Shown here piece after piece: positions 51,810 through 64,000 of a stretch of 64,000 nucleotides of DNA. Under the pieces are notes generated by a model. It worked only from the letters and a program-made list of their open reading frames with translations, searched no databases and was not told the origin of the DNA. The stretch is from Phoronis australis (lineage: Eukaryota; Animalia; Phoronida), in the NCBI GenBank assembly GCA_002633005.1, contig NMRA01000348.1:37623-101622 (forward strand), written 5' to 3'. Numbering within the stretch: position 1 is the stretch's first letter; each line of letters opens with the position of its first letter. A program made the position numbers and the translations under genes.

Positions 51810-53087
51810 AGTATTTGTTACAATATGATGACAATAACCTTCACACATGATTTTGATATCGTTCGATTCAGCCTATCATACTCATTCCAAAAATATGTGA
51901 ATGTGTCCCCCACTTCACTTACTCACTATTTCCCAGTTGACACGGCCATGTTTGCTCAACTCAACATCACAGCAATATATCTGTTGCAACTGAATGAAAC
52001 ATTATACTCAATTCTGAATGGTGTTTGCCCCCGAGATTCCCCCTAAAGTTTTCCCCGAGATCATACAGAGCAACAAGACAGCATTTCACCATTTTCCATA
52101 ACGTTTTAGAATCGTAATCATTTGAGCCCTTTTCCAAGCTCTTAATTCTCTGAAGTGATATCCGATTCACAAATTTGGAAATCAAAAACAACCCCTTTTT
52201 CACAGATTCTTGTAACTGGATGCATACCAGGGCCACCCTAGGAATTCAAACCCTTTGTAATTGGGGCTGTAGCGTGAGCCCAGGATCGACGGTTCTAGGT
52301 CAGTTAAAACTCATGAAGAGCGACGCTCTGCAAAATATGGGTGTCAGTAGATTAGTTCAGATGACACCTTCTATTTAACATGGCGGCATCTACCTGGAAA
52401 TACTACAGGCAGAAATTTGACAACAAAATACGGTATGGGGTACTAGTAAGAGACATTTCCGCATATTTTTGAAATGATGATGATGCAAGTGGTGTAGATG
52501 TGCTTCCAGTGAATCATATGAGCCTCTGTTAGCTACTTGCTAACGAGCAATTGCCTATTAGCTGAATGGTTAGCACGCTTGCCGGTTTTATGGGGGTCGC
52601 TGGTTTGATCCCCGGGTCGGGTAATCTCGGCTACTACAAATGGCGTAGTTGGCAAACGGATGATCTAAAAATAAAGCACTGCCAACTAGTACCCGCGGAC
52701 CTCGGGACGGCACGCATCGAAAGTTCCAGAAGTCGAGGACCTGTAGCGGAAATCTTATTTTCACCTGTGTTATGGTGGTAAATGTACCAAGGGACGTTGA
52801 TGACCTGTATGCAAGACATCCTGGTTTTCACCTTCCTGATGACATGCCTGTTCCGTAGGAAAGGGGGGAATGTTGTAGATGTGCTTCCGGTGAATCATAT
52901 GACCCTCTGTTAGCTACTCACTAAAGGGCAAGTGCCTATTAGCTGAATGGTTAGTGTGCTTGCCGATTTTATGGGGGTCGCTGGTTTGATTCCCAGGTCG
53001 GGTAATCTCGGCTGTTACTACACGAGGAATCAAACGATACCAAAACCATGTGGGTCACTAAATGTCGTCATGTTGTAAACAATTATC
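51810..53087 (+). mobile_element. Merlin-like MITE copy 1, interrupted by the TRIM
   Basis: Colinear with 53217-53999; decayed TIRs (ttacaatatgatgaca / tgtcgtcatgttgtaaacaatta). Confidence 0.75.
52490..53022 (+). mobile_element. TRIM (non-autonomous LTR retrotransposon) with tRNA-like LTRs, Helenus-like
   Basis: LTRs 52490-52638 and 52871-53022 (TG...CA, about 90% identical); PBS tggcgtagttggca at 52641; PPT aggaaaggggggaa at 52857-52870; TSD caag/cgag. Confidence 0.9.
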
Positions 53088-53216
53088 TGATTCACTCTCA
53101 GAGAAACTAGTAAAGCGGCAAGCCAAGCCCATGGCATGGAACTAGTTGGACCCTGATTTTGAGAACCAAGAAATAACTGAATAATGGCCGTTATTTAGTT
53201 CTCTAAATCAGGGTCT

Positions 53217-53999
53217 GGTAATTGTTTACAATATGACGACATTGACCTACACTCTTGATTTTGGCATCATTCGATTTTTTGAAACGTTATCTTTCAAAAA
53301 ATATATAAACGTATACCCTACTGCATTTTCTCCGTATTTTATCGTCAAATTTTTGTTAATACTATTTTCCCGTTGACACCGCCATGTTAGCTCTTGAACT
53401 CAAGATTACAGCGACACCCGTTGTTAATGAATGAAACAGCATCATCTATTCTGACTGGTTTGCCCACACGAGATTCCCGCTAAAGTTGTCCTGACATAGT
53501 ATAGAAGAGCATTTCACCTTTTCTAATTTTTTTATAATTGTGACCATTCGATCCTTTTTCCACGAAATTGTTTGAAGTGATATCCTTTTCATGCACCAAT
53601 CTGGACCTCAAAAACAACCACCGCTTTTTGCGGATTCTTACCAGCAGAGCTATATGCATACCTGAAGTCACCATAGGATCGAATTCGAACCCTTGGGACC
53701 GTAAATCGGGCTGGGGATGGACGGGTCTTGGTCAATTTGACCTTAAAGCGTCGATCTGCAGAAGTCAGCAGATTAGTTCTCAGTTTTTGACCGCCAGATG
53801 GCTCCTTCCATTCAACATGGCGGTGTTACTACAGCGTAAAGAAATTTCACAACATAATACTAAGGGAACGGGGTAGGAAAAATTTCTGTGTATTTTCTGG
53901 AAAGATAACGTTGCAAGGAATCCAACATACCAAAACCACATGTGTAACTTACATTGACTTACACTGTAAGTCAATGTCGTCATGTTGTGAACAATTACC
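53217..53999 (+). mobile_element. Merlin-like MITE copy 2
   Basis: TIR ggtaattgtttacaatatgacgacattgac / gtcaatgtcgtcatgttgtgaacaattacc; 8-bp TSD cagggtct / cagggtcc. Confidence 0.85.
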
Positions 54000-54218
54000 C
54001 AGGGTCCATTATATTCCACAAGCACAAGACTAATGAGTGTATCTGAGCATGACTGAATATGCTGAACACTTGGACACAGACTAAGTGACTAGTAATATCT
54101 CGAGACTCGACTCAGTCATAGCAGCTCATACTCCACGTCATCAAGAATTTCGACAGTGGTTTACGTGCGTTCTACAAAACACAATTTGACAAGCTTCAAG
54201 TCAAAACACGGGTCAAAC

Positions 54219-54317
54219 CTTAATCTTCTGAGCTTCATTGATACACTGCTGAAAACTGCCAGTATAAAGAGCATTTCTTATTTCAAAAAGCTCGTCTGTA
54301 TCGCCTTGTGAAGCCAT
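54219..54317 (-). CDS. COPE: Coatomer subunit epsilon, exon 1
   Basis: aaaATG: [33 protein letters not shown]|gtttga; 99 nt. All exon phases join into a 299-aa ORF. Confidence 0.95.
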
Positions 54318-54667
54318 TTTCCGGATAATTGTGCCCAAACAATAACAAGATAATGGTCCATCACAAGAGTGCGCTAAAGATCTTCAGAATGTCACAAATT
54401 TGTAAAATGGAAGCAAAAGTTATGGGTAATGAACAATAATTTATTACTGTAAGCAGCTTCGAAAAAGTGATTATTTCAATTAAGTCGAGATTCACTTTAA
54501 GTCTAGTTTTCATATTTCTCAATAGAGGGTGCGAGTAAGTTCATGAGAGGGGTGTGGACAATTTCAATAAGCTTGACCCCTAAATCCAAGATGGCCGCTC
54601 GAGTGTAGTGAGTTACTTCCTCAAAGTTAAGTTTGAGAGAAAAGTTACAGTATCCGACTCTATAAAG
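54318..54667. promoter_or_regulatory. Probable bidirectional promoter and non-coding first exon of a divergent gene
   Basis: YY1-like caagatggccgc at 54587-54598 on the + strand and a strong donor AAG|GTAAGA at 54667/54668, 270-350 bp from the COPE ATG. Confidence 0.55.
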
Positions 54668-55334
54668 GTAAGATTGTTGCTGATATTGAGAAAATACGTA
54701 TGTTGTGATGTTTGTATCCTCGAAGCTGATTCTGTCTTAAGTGTCAATCGTTGATTTGTAGACCTCACTTTTGTTCTCAATCTCGTGGCTACTGCACGTC
54801 TCCACTTACCGTCTTACGACTACACTTGACTAGTCGACTGAGCACTAGTCAGTTGTCAGTCTCATTCAGTCAATGTCTCGAGCAGGGGAACTATGCCAGC
54901 AGATGAAGAATGGACAGGATTGACATCGGTGATGTCGTGTAAACCACGAAAACGTTAAGTTGTGGAGGCCTAGGCAAAACCTGAAGTACTGAGCCAGTGA
55001 CCTCCATTTTGGGCCAAATATCGGTCCCATTGACCTCAGAAAAATATTGAAAAAGCATGCGAAAATCTCCTCATAACGCCCTAAAATTCACCTCAAGTGG
55101 TTGAAAAATTTCCGTCGAGGTTCGAATCACTTGTAACTCACACAAGTGACTTGGCTTATGCTAGACTTTCAATGAAGGTATTTATTAGCCAAAATGGCTA
55201 AAGCATCTGAAAACTTTTAGCCATTTTCAGAAATTATTTGCCAAATACCTTCTCTTTTCCCTACCCCCACAATTGATGAAAATACCACTACACGGACCAT
55301 ACTTTTTTATTTTTAGTATCTTTTCATAATGTAC

Positions 55335-56707
55335 CAGGGCTCGACATAACGAGCTGCAGGTCGCATTTGACACCTGAAATTTGGAAATGCGAGCTGAGAT
55401 TTTGGCCAGCTCGCATTAATTCGTAAAGTGCTACCTGGAATTTCCAACATATGCGAGCTGAGTTTCTAAACTTCACGGCTGACACCTGGGAAATGTAAAG
55501 CAACTCGGGTGATTCCGACCGTTATTTGGTTGTTGCCAAATCAAGTTCAAAAGAACACTCATTGAGATCAGCACTCCCGATGACTTGTAAACATGTGAAC
55601 AAGGGAATGCAGAATTGGTCTTTGACGCATTTTATTGGCCAATACTTTGGGTTTTTTTGCAAATTTCTGGTTGTGCTGAAGAAAGTTTCAGACCTTGGAA
55701 TAATACGTGATAAAACGTCAGAAAGCAGTGGTGTTTCTACTACTTCTTAAACGATGAACTTACCAAGCTTAGTGGTGGAAAAACATTTATTTTTCATGTT
55801 AGGTGTCCTTAATCAAAGTATGGCATCATCCACGGCAATATGCCTGATCGCACTGCGGCACTGGTTAGTTCCACTGTTAGCACTGGAAAGCGGTCTCGGC
55901 AGACGATCGTCTTGACTTGGAAAAGTGTGTTTCGTTTTTTATCGCAAAAGACAGCAATTGTGAAAATGACATCCGAATTAATCGCCAAACGATGGGCATG
56001 CCTTTGCGCATTTTCAGCAGAATAATAGAAACCCGCACCGTCGGAAATCATTTCGAGGCTTTTTATTTCATGGAAAATTAATTTTTGACCACATAAAAAG
56101 CACAAGTTCCACTTTTTTGTTGTGAAATTTGCAGTGATTTGTTTCCGCGTATCAATATGTCATTCAGCGAGTAGGGCAACGTTTCACAGATTTCTTCTGA
56201 CAGGATGTTTTTTTCAAGTTGCAAAGTTTTGCCTGCAAACAAGTGAAAGAAATTTGCACTCAGGGTTATCAATCATTTGATCTTCAACGACTTTATTGAC
56301 GGTCATATAATAAGTCAGTTCTAGAAAAGTTGCGGATTCTTTTTCAATGAGTATTTTCTCCTTTTTCACGTTGCACACTTAACTAATCGAATGCATGTGT
56401 CGGTTAGAGAGCACTGAGTTAACTTTCACGTCGGCAACTGCTTGGCACTCCAGGGTGTACTGAAGAATGGTATGATATGCTTGTAAGAACTCAATTTTGC
56501 GAGATGAAATTTGTGAGTTGTTAATGTCGCAAGGGCATAATCTTAAGCATTTTCTGACTACCTATAAGCCAATTTTGGTCCATAAAAATGGCGGGAAAGT
56601 TTCGAGACCTGGAATTTATGAATGTGATCTGGGTTTTGAAAATGCGACCAAGAAATTTGGCTTGGTTGCAAAATGCGACCTGGAGATTTTCATAGCGTCG
56701 AGCCCTG
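55335..56707. mobile_element. 1.37-kb non-autonomous hAT-like element with 5-bp TSD
   Basis: Perfect TIR cagggctcgac / gtcgagccctg; tgtac on both flanks; subterminal atgcga(c/g) repeats. Confidence 0.85.
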
Positions 56708-59700
56708 TGTACTACAAGAAAAGTCATTTGCCTTAAGAAAATAACTAATGATCAACATTCCAAGGTCATATAGCAACCTAATAAGCTTGATGGTATGACA
56801 GCCAACATGGGTTTTATTATGACCCAAACAGTTTGGGCAGAGGTGGCCGCTATACCCTAGTTACTGCGTGTGTACGCCGGCCACGTGGGCATTTAAATGA
56901 TGGTGACGTGTGATGGCGGGGATATGCCGGCCATATGGGCATTTCATTGATGTTGATCTAAAAAAATGTGGCCAGCTCTACCATCGCCAGTTCCGCTCAG
57001 AATTCGCCAATGGCGAACTGGCGAGTGGTTAGCGCGAGCCTAGTATGACAGTTTGAAAGAGAGCACAAAAATTTTAATTTTGACTACGTGGTTTAGAGCC
57101 TATGAGAGCTTGCAGCAAGGTGAGGGGGTGGTATGGATGGTGATCGGATGGTAGAATTGTCCCCTCACCTTGAAATATCAAGGGCGCTGGTCCCCATTGG
57201 TCTCTGTTTAATTTCATCATTTGTATGTTAGGGGTGGCCGGCCGAAAAAGCGCTTTCATTCTCCAGTGATCATTTCCGGTTCTATACATGACTTAAGTGT
57301 AGAATTCCAACTCCACTTTTCGGTCACCATTTACTTTTTCACCACTCGCGATAATCATAAAATATTTCAATTTACAACACCCGAGTTAGACCACAACCAG
57401 AGCTAGACTGAGGAGAGCAGATTCTTATGGATGTGTTCAAGTCGTGTGAAAAAAATTTTTTCTTTCATGGTATGTGTTATCTCAATGCACACATTAGGTC
57501 TCACAGTCTCAACTGACCCCAGTAGAGACAGTAGTCCAATACCTTAAGTACTCCATCCACCGATAAAGCTGTCATGTTGTTATGAATACCTGTTGCGCGT
57601 AGAGGGACATCTTAGGAAGCCATTGATGTTGTTTAATGCTTCCACAACCATACTTTTTTTCCAAATAGTCAGTTGGCTAAATCAGCAACTGGCCATTGTT
57701 ACACTGCTCGCGTCAGGGGATATAACGATATAACGATATAACGAGCCCTAGTGGTCATGGTGGGCTCCTTTCTGCTGTTTCACAAAAACAACAGTACATG
57801 CCGAGTGTAATGGATTAAGTATCGTTTTCCCGTCAAGGCGAGGATGAACCATGAGGAGACGCCAGAGTGAGTCATTCTAGCTAAACTCTAGTGGTGAAAT
57901 CCACTTCCACTGATTGTCTCGTTATTTTTGGGGTGTACAGTTTACTGTTCGGTAAAATTTCACAAATATAGGATACAATATGGTAGGCAGTGAGATTTTA
58001 TGTTTTCCATGTGAAGTATTACCGTACAATTATTTTCAATCGCTTAAGGTGTTGCTAATCATTTCTTCAGCAAAAAATGGAATTTCACTGGATCATCATG
58101 TTTCAGTCATTGGTGCTGTAAAGCAAACAAAATTTAAGCTTTATAAAGATGGTTCAAGATTTTAAACGTGGCCCAGACCTTTCCAAACAGTGTTCAAGAT
58201 TTCCAAACGTGACGCCTAACTTTTTCACCGGTGTGTAACACCATATGCATATCTGAATATACACAGGGAGAGACACTGTTGCGATTATGGTCACCTACTT
58301 GCCTCACACCCGCACTGTGTTACTTGAAATGGGCTGTTGTCACATTCAAAACAATGCAGTCATGATTTGTACACATATGCCATTTGCTTTTTTGTAAAGG
58401 ACATCTGTCTGGGTTGATGACCAAATAAGGTGTGATTGTCAACATCTACACCAGGTGGTCCAAATTAAGCAATCGTAATCCCTCCAAATTTTTACATGCC
58501 ATTGATGCGGGTTGCAGTCCAAAAAGTGCCCGTTTAATACGTCTTGTGAATGTATTGCTTTCGAAGAATATTCGTGTTTCTAGCCAAACTAACACGTCAT
58601 ATGTTGTCAGATTAGGGCCATAAACATGGTAATTTTCCCCTTGTTTTTGCACAAAAATACTTAGCAAAATTGTGACTTTCCGTTTTTAAAAGCTGATTGC
58701 TTCGCTGCAAATAATTATGGAAAAATACCAAAAATTGTTTTGTGACAGCTTTACAGTACAAACAATGCTTGTAATAGACTAAGGTTTTCTTAATCTTTAA
58801 TTTCATGGAGAAACAACGAGTGAAATTCTATTTAAAATGGAAGTTCAACCGTTGGCCATATTGTCCGCCAAGTACATTTAAGTGAAGAATTTACACAGAG
58901 ACACTGCTCAGAACTATATTCTTCCCCCATGGGGCAAAACATTAGACACGGTTGTTGGCAACTCATCGTCTTTGTTAGCAGGGTTTGATTTTGGACAAAT
59001 TTAAATAAAAAAGAGGAGGCGGGATAATGTCCTGTGCACTGGTGATGATAGTTACTTTGGGAAGAAGATCCTTCAGTGTGGGCTTCAGAGAATAGTGATG
59101 TCCTTTGATAGATGCAAGTCTTTCTATTTGAGGCTATAGTCGGTCCGCTTATGGTATGTGAAACGACATTGCAGTACAAATTTATTCTCTGTCCAAAGCA
59201 ACTGTATCATAGTTCAAAATGACTTGACCTTAATTGTTTTTTGGTTTAGCATTTTATGGTTTTATGTGGTGATGTATTGCAAAACAAATTAGTGCACATA
59301 CATAAAGTCTTGAGTGTCCTCTTAATGGCTGTCAGATTAACTGGAGTTGTATAGAAGGAGATACATGATGTCGGTGTACTAAAGATTAATATGTTAAATT
59401 GTTGTGTTCGGGCATGTCTGTGCACGCAGATGAAAAATTTATCTCTAGATAACATCTTCAACGGCAGTTTCTAAAGTTTGCCCATGGTATTGTAAAAAGT
59501 TGCAGTTTGAGGCAGTCTCTAAAAGTTGGGATACTGAAACTCAAGCAGAGGATGAATTTTCTTCATTCTCCAGATAGGGACATGGTTAATTTTGACATTT
59601 GTGTTTTCTCAAATTCTAGATGTGTACTGTTTTTTGTATTGACCAAGTCCATAACCGCATCTAAAATAAGTTCCAACTCAACCTTTTCATGTGTCTTAAA

Positions 59701-62700
59701 ACCTTTTGAAATGCCCTAATAGTGCTAAACATCAAGATGGATGATCTGTTGTAAATGGTCATAATTCTTGAATTTGAGATGACCAATATTGACTATTTCT
59801 GAAGTTTGGTAGAAGTTCCGACTTCAAGCAAAATAGTTAAATTCTCACTGTGTCAAGCTGGGGAATTTTTTACGTGACTTCATTATTGTTCAACTTTAGT
59901 AGTGTCTCAGTGTGATCATCAATTGTCCAACAGATGGAGTTACCTGCCATCCCTGATGAAGGTTCTCGTTACAAGACATAAAATGTACAGTTATGTAGAT
60001 CTGTTCCGATACATAACCTTAAGTTGGTATGAAAACATGGGTCACAGACTCACAGTGATATCTCAGTCAGGGGACATGCACAGTAGATGACTGAGATAAG
60101 ACATTGAGATCAATGAGATGTCTTCATCATGATTGCACTAACCAGCCATACTTGACAGTTGACTGTTTCTTTATATTAAAACCTTCATTGGTTAAACCTC
60201 TTGGGGACACTCAATGAGGGGTGCATGCATGCATGCACGAACAATTAATTAATCATGTAATCAGTACAGATTAGAGACTCATCCTATTTTATGACACCTT
60301 GTGCTTGGTCTATATAGAATTCTAGATGTCTTCATCAGGCCTGGGTAGAGTTCAGTAATGCTATGACCTTGCTAAAAAGAAAGACTGCGAGATTTTGCGA
60401 GACTTTGACGTGTATTTTCAATGAGAGCACATGATTTTGGGTAGATTTTTCTAGCCGCGAGACAGCTATTGAACTCTGTCCTATTTTTCAAGGAGAATCG
60501 GATCTGCAGGTCCTGAGTCCCATTTAGACATTAATCTTTGGCACGGTGCAGCTGACACGGAACAAGATGATCAGGCCGTTATGCAGCGTACGTCCTGGGC
60601 GTCCAAATGGACGCCCATCCAAATGGACGCCCTAGCACTAATCTGGCTACCCTGGCAAGGTCGCCCAAAGTATCATTTGGACGCCCACTGTCAGTCACAA
60701 CCTTTCAAGTTTGGACAAACACTTTGTAATGATTATTAGGAAACCTAGACACGTAGTTGAAGAGAAAAGTGAGCTCACAATGCTGACTTTTCAAAGCAAT
60801 GTTGCCATGTTCAAACAGGTTGAAAGTATTGAGTATCCAACACCTTTCAAGATTTAGCACATCTTTGGTTGTCAGCTGCAGCTCTGGTGACTCATTTTGC
60901 AGAATATTAATGCTAGCTAAGATGATATAATAAACTTAATAACAACAATTCTACTCTAGATCTCCAAAAACATAGTGCACTCTTCATTTATCCAATATCT
61001 CTAATATTTGTCTGGGTAAGCTACTGGGCTGTTTTCGTAAAGTTAGATGTAAAAGTCTTGGTCTACACAGTTTTTTTTAGTAAAGAAGCTCACTATAGAG
61101 GACTGTTTTGTAAACTTAGATACAAAAGCCTTGGTCTACGCCTTTTTTGTTAACCTCGTGTGTGTGTGGGGGGGATTGCTGGTGAACAGTCGTGGGGGTG
61201 GGGGTTACACGTCATTGGAATCATGGATACCCTGGAATATTGGGAGCCCCATTATGGACACCCTATTTTCGAAATCCTGGATATATAAAGTCCTGAAGAT
61301 GATGGGTGTCAGGCTGCCGAATACAACTCAAAAATGGTGTCAAAGCAGAAGTTGTAGGCAGGATTGTGGAGTGCTCATGCGCAAAGATGCAAATTGTGGG
61401 AGTCACAGTTCAATATTACTGTTGTTGTTCTGGTACTTCTAATTCTCCCAAGTGTATGTAATTCGTGACTTTGAGGTTGATTCAATGATTTTGTTGATCA
61501 GCTGATTAATGCTTTCATCAGGAGGACTACTCTACATAACTAAGCATTTGATTGTTAACTATGTATTCTGACAATTTCCCTACAAAATAAATATTATTCA
61601 GGGTTAAAGTTAAAAGACGTGGTACTGAACAGCTGATTGGCAAATTGTAACGTTGCTGCAAAAATGATCACCTGTGAATGAGAATTTGCAATCCCAAATT
61701 AAAAAAAAATCTGTCAGTAAAAAGGGAACTTAAAAACTACACTGTGGCCTGTTTCCCCTTTCTACTACTCCCTTTTCAGAGGACATACAAGAAAAGACTA
61801 GGTCAGTAGGTTAACTTTTGATGTCTTTTCTCAAATTCTGATGTAAGACTCACAGTAAGGTATTGTTGGTGTTGGAAATAAGATATTGTGTGCAATGTGT
61901 TAAATATTTCTGCATACTGCCTACTTCTATTGTTAGCTGTGTTCATTGTCACCTGGTATTCCTTCATTTAGGCCAAATGCAACTACCACAGGTAGCTTTT
62001 GGTATGCAACATGTAGGCAATTAGTTTTCCAATGGGTACTACCTTATGGAGTATGTCTAGATATTTATCTACATGTTGGTCACTGTTTAAAGTAAATGAG
62101 CTGTTTAGTTAGAACATGTCTTATCAACAAGGAGCCTGGCTAGACAGTCTCGTCCAGGTAATAACAACAGGTGTCACTGTTCAGTTTCACTGTAAATGTG
62201 TTCAAATGGAAAGTCATTGTTCATCAGTGGCAAAAACTATCTAGCACTTAAGGAAAAGACATTTTGCTCATCAACACAGTAGGCAAAGCATTGATGAAGT
62301 TAACGGATTATGCAAAATGTTTAGAGATGTTACTGTTTCTTGAAGACATGTATTTGATTTTGACGTTGCCTCGAATAGATCGTGTAGATGGTGCCGAACA
62401 CCTGTTCATCAAAGACTTGATCGCCATCTGGTGGGATAGTGAATTTAGATGTAGCGCTGCTGTTTCAAAATTCAGTTATTTGCTGTAGTGAGTGTATACA
62501 AGTTTCAACACCAATTTTTGATTTTAAAAGCAATTTCTAGTGATGAAGAAAAAACCCCCAACAGCATGTCCGACAGGCTACAATGCTCCATTTTCACTGC
62601 TGTTTTTTTACAGCTCATGTGAACCTATAGTATAATTATAGCCCATCATTGCATAGTACAGACCCACCCTTCAAGTAATCTAAGGTGTCTGTGGTTTCTC

Positions 62701-63212
62701 CTGTTTGTACTGTGGTGAGTGACTGTCAGAATCTGTCTCATTAACATGCCTTGTCTGCATGGACTGTCAATGGCCTCATGGGGATAGTGGTAATTGCCTT
62801 ATCAGCATCTCAAGTAGACTGCTAATTGTTGCTATTATTTGGATTAGACAGGCTCCTTGTGTAAGTGTGGGACATTGGGTTTGGGATGGAGGGAGTCTTA
62901 GTTGAGCAATTCAGTGAAAGGTCAACCTAGAGGCAATAAAATTAAAATTGTGACTAGATTAACATTCTGGTCTCATCTGAAAGCACAATCTCTCTAATTT
63001 CAGGACCCATATTGGATTTCCTATAGCTTTCAATTTTTTTCCTAAATGAACCCACTTTACCCTAAAAACGTAACCCCCATTTTTTGTGTGTCGCTAATTA
63101 TTAACATAAATAAACTACTTATGGGTATTTCGTTATATCATCAAATTTGTGCAATCACATGAAGCCTAAACTTTCTTTTGACAAGTATCACATCGTTGAC
63201 CTCTTGGGTTCA

Positions 63213-63729
63213 AGGGCGAACTCCTGGATATTGTGGTGTCGTACGTCCGTCACAAAAAAGTGCTGAAAAGTTCAGTTATCTGATCAGTTTTCAATCAAAA
63301 TTTAAATAATTTCAGATTTTCTTTTAACTTGTTTCTCGATACTATTGACCAGAATTTTAGATCCCAGTGGTTACTTGTTTTGTCAGAAATCTAAGAAGAT
63401 GTCACCAAAAAAATTAGTATGTTGTTCTCTTCAAACATTCCACTAAATCATCATATAAAACAAAAAACTGTAACTTGATGCAACTCACAGAAATTTATTG
63501 TTTACATTTTTTTAAGAAATTCAAATTCGCCGCGTATGTCCGTCACACCCCTTTCAAGGCAATTTTCTCAGTCAGATAAAAAAATAGAAAATTTGATACC
63601 GTACATGTTTTGAAAGTTATCAATGAGACCTATCAATTGATGTATTAATTATTTTCCTATGAGGAAAATTTGTTTCACGATTGATCGAAATATTCTCTGA
63701 TTGTACATCCGTCACAAGTAGAATTCCCC
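63213..63729. mobile_element. Probable MITE
   Basis: Repeated tccgtcaca motif (about 63246, 63538, 63708) and weak ggg...ccc termini. Confidence 0.35.
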
Positions 63730-64000
63730 AGTTAATTGTGTAGTGTTGGGAAAGATTAGTAATGCTTTCAGCTCTAGTCTTCAAATGCCCTGCGACATCC
63801 CTTGCATGTTATCAAAGATTTGTGCATCTAAACATCTGGAATTTACAATACATCCAAGACATAGGTGAACAACCATTTGCTGCACCTATTCATTTCAAAA
63901 AGTCGATGTGTACTTCAATTTGCCTCATTATGGAGTTTGTGCCAAGACTTTATTGGCATCAGAAAGTCAGATAGCAAAGTGATTTCATCACCGTCGGTCG

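Noticed and set aside
52552-52623. Functional tRNA gene
   Set aside because: The acceptor stem and anticodon arm pair poorly, the B box has TTT instead of TTC, and it is duplicated as part of the LTRs.
54591-54608. Start of DDX49, the head-to-head partner of COPE in human
   Set aside because: The ATG is followed by a stop after five codons, and no DEAD-box motifs were seen downstream.
59041-59140. C/D box snoRNA (GTGATGA)
   Set aside because: No D box CTGA or terminal stem at a suitable distance.

Overview
Eukaryotic (invertebrate animal-like) AT-rich, transposon-dense genomic DNA; no prokaryotic operons or CRISPR. One complete gene can be rebuilt by hand: COPE (coatomer epsilon), minus strand, 7 coding exons from 54317 to 34854, 900 nt / 299 aa. 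It sits head-to-head with a probable unidentified gene, and there is also the first exon of a rhodopsin-family GPCR (12597-12894). The rest is mostly mobile DNA: a young Tx1/L1-like LINE, a decayed HERO-type RLE LINE, Penelope remnants with hammerhead-like motifs, tRNA-SINE heads, and MITEs with hAT- and Merlin-type ends. Three things stand out. (1) A complete 533-bp non-coding LTR element (TRIM) whose two LTRs each carry a tRNA-like Pol III promoter, with a tRNA-Ser PBS, a PPT and a 4-bp TSD (Helenus-like). (2) A satellite-bearing element in COPE intron 5 carrying ten co-oriented CTCF-consensus motifs about 143 bp apart. (3) A 640-bp foldback element made of ~51-bp palindromic units whose orientation flips at the centre. 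All calls were made by eye, with no database searches.
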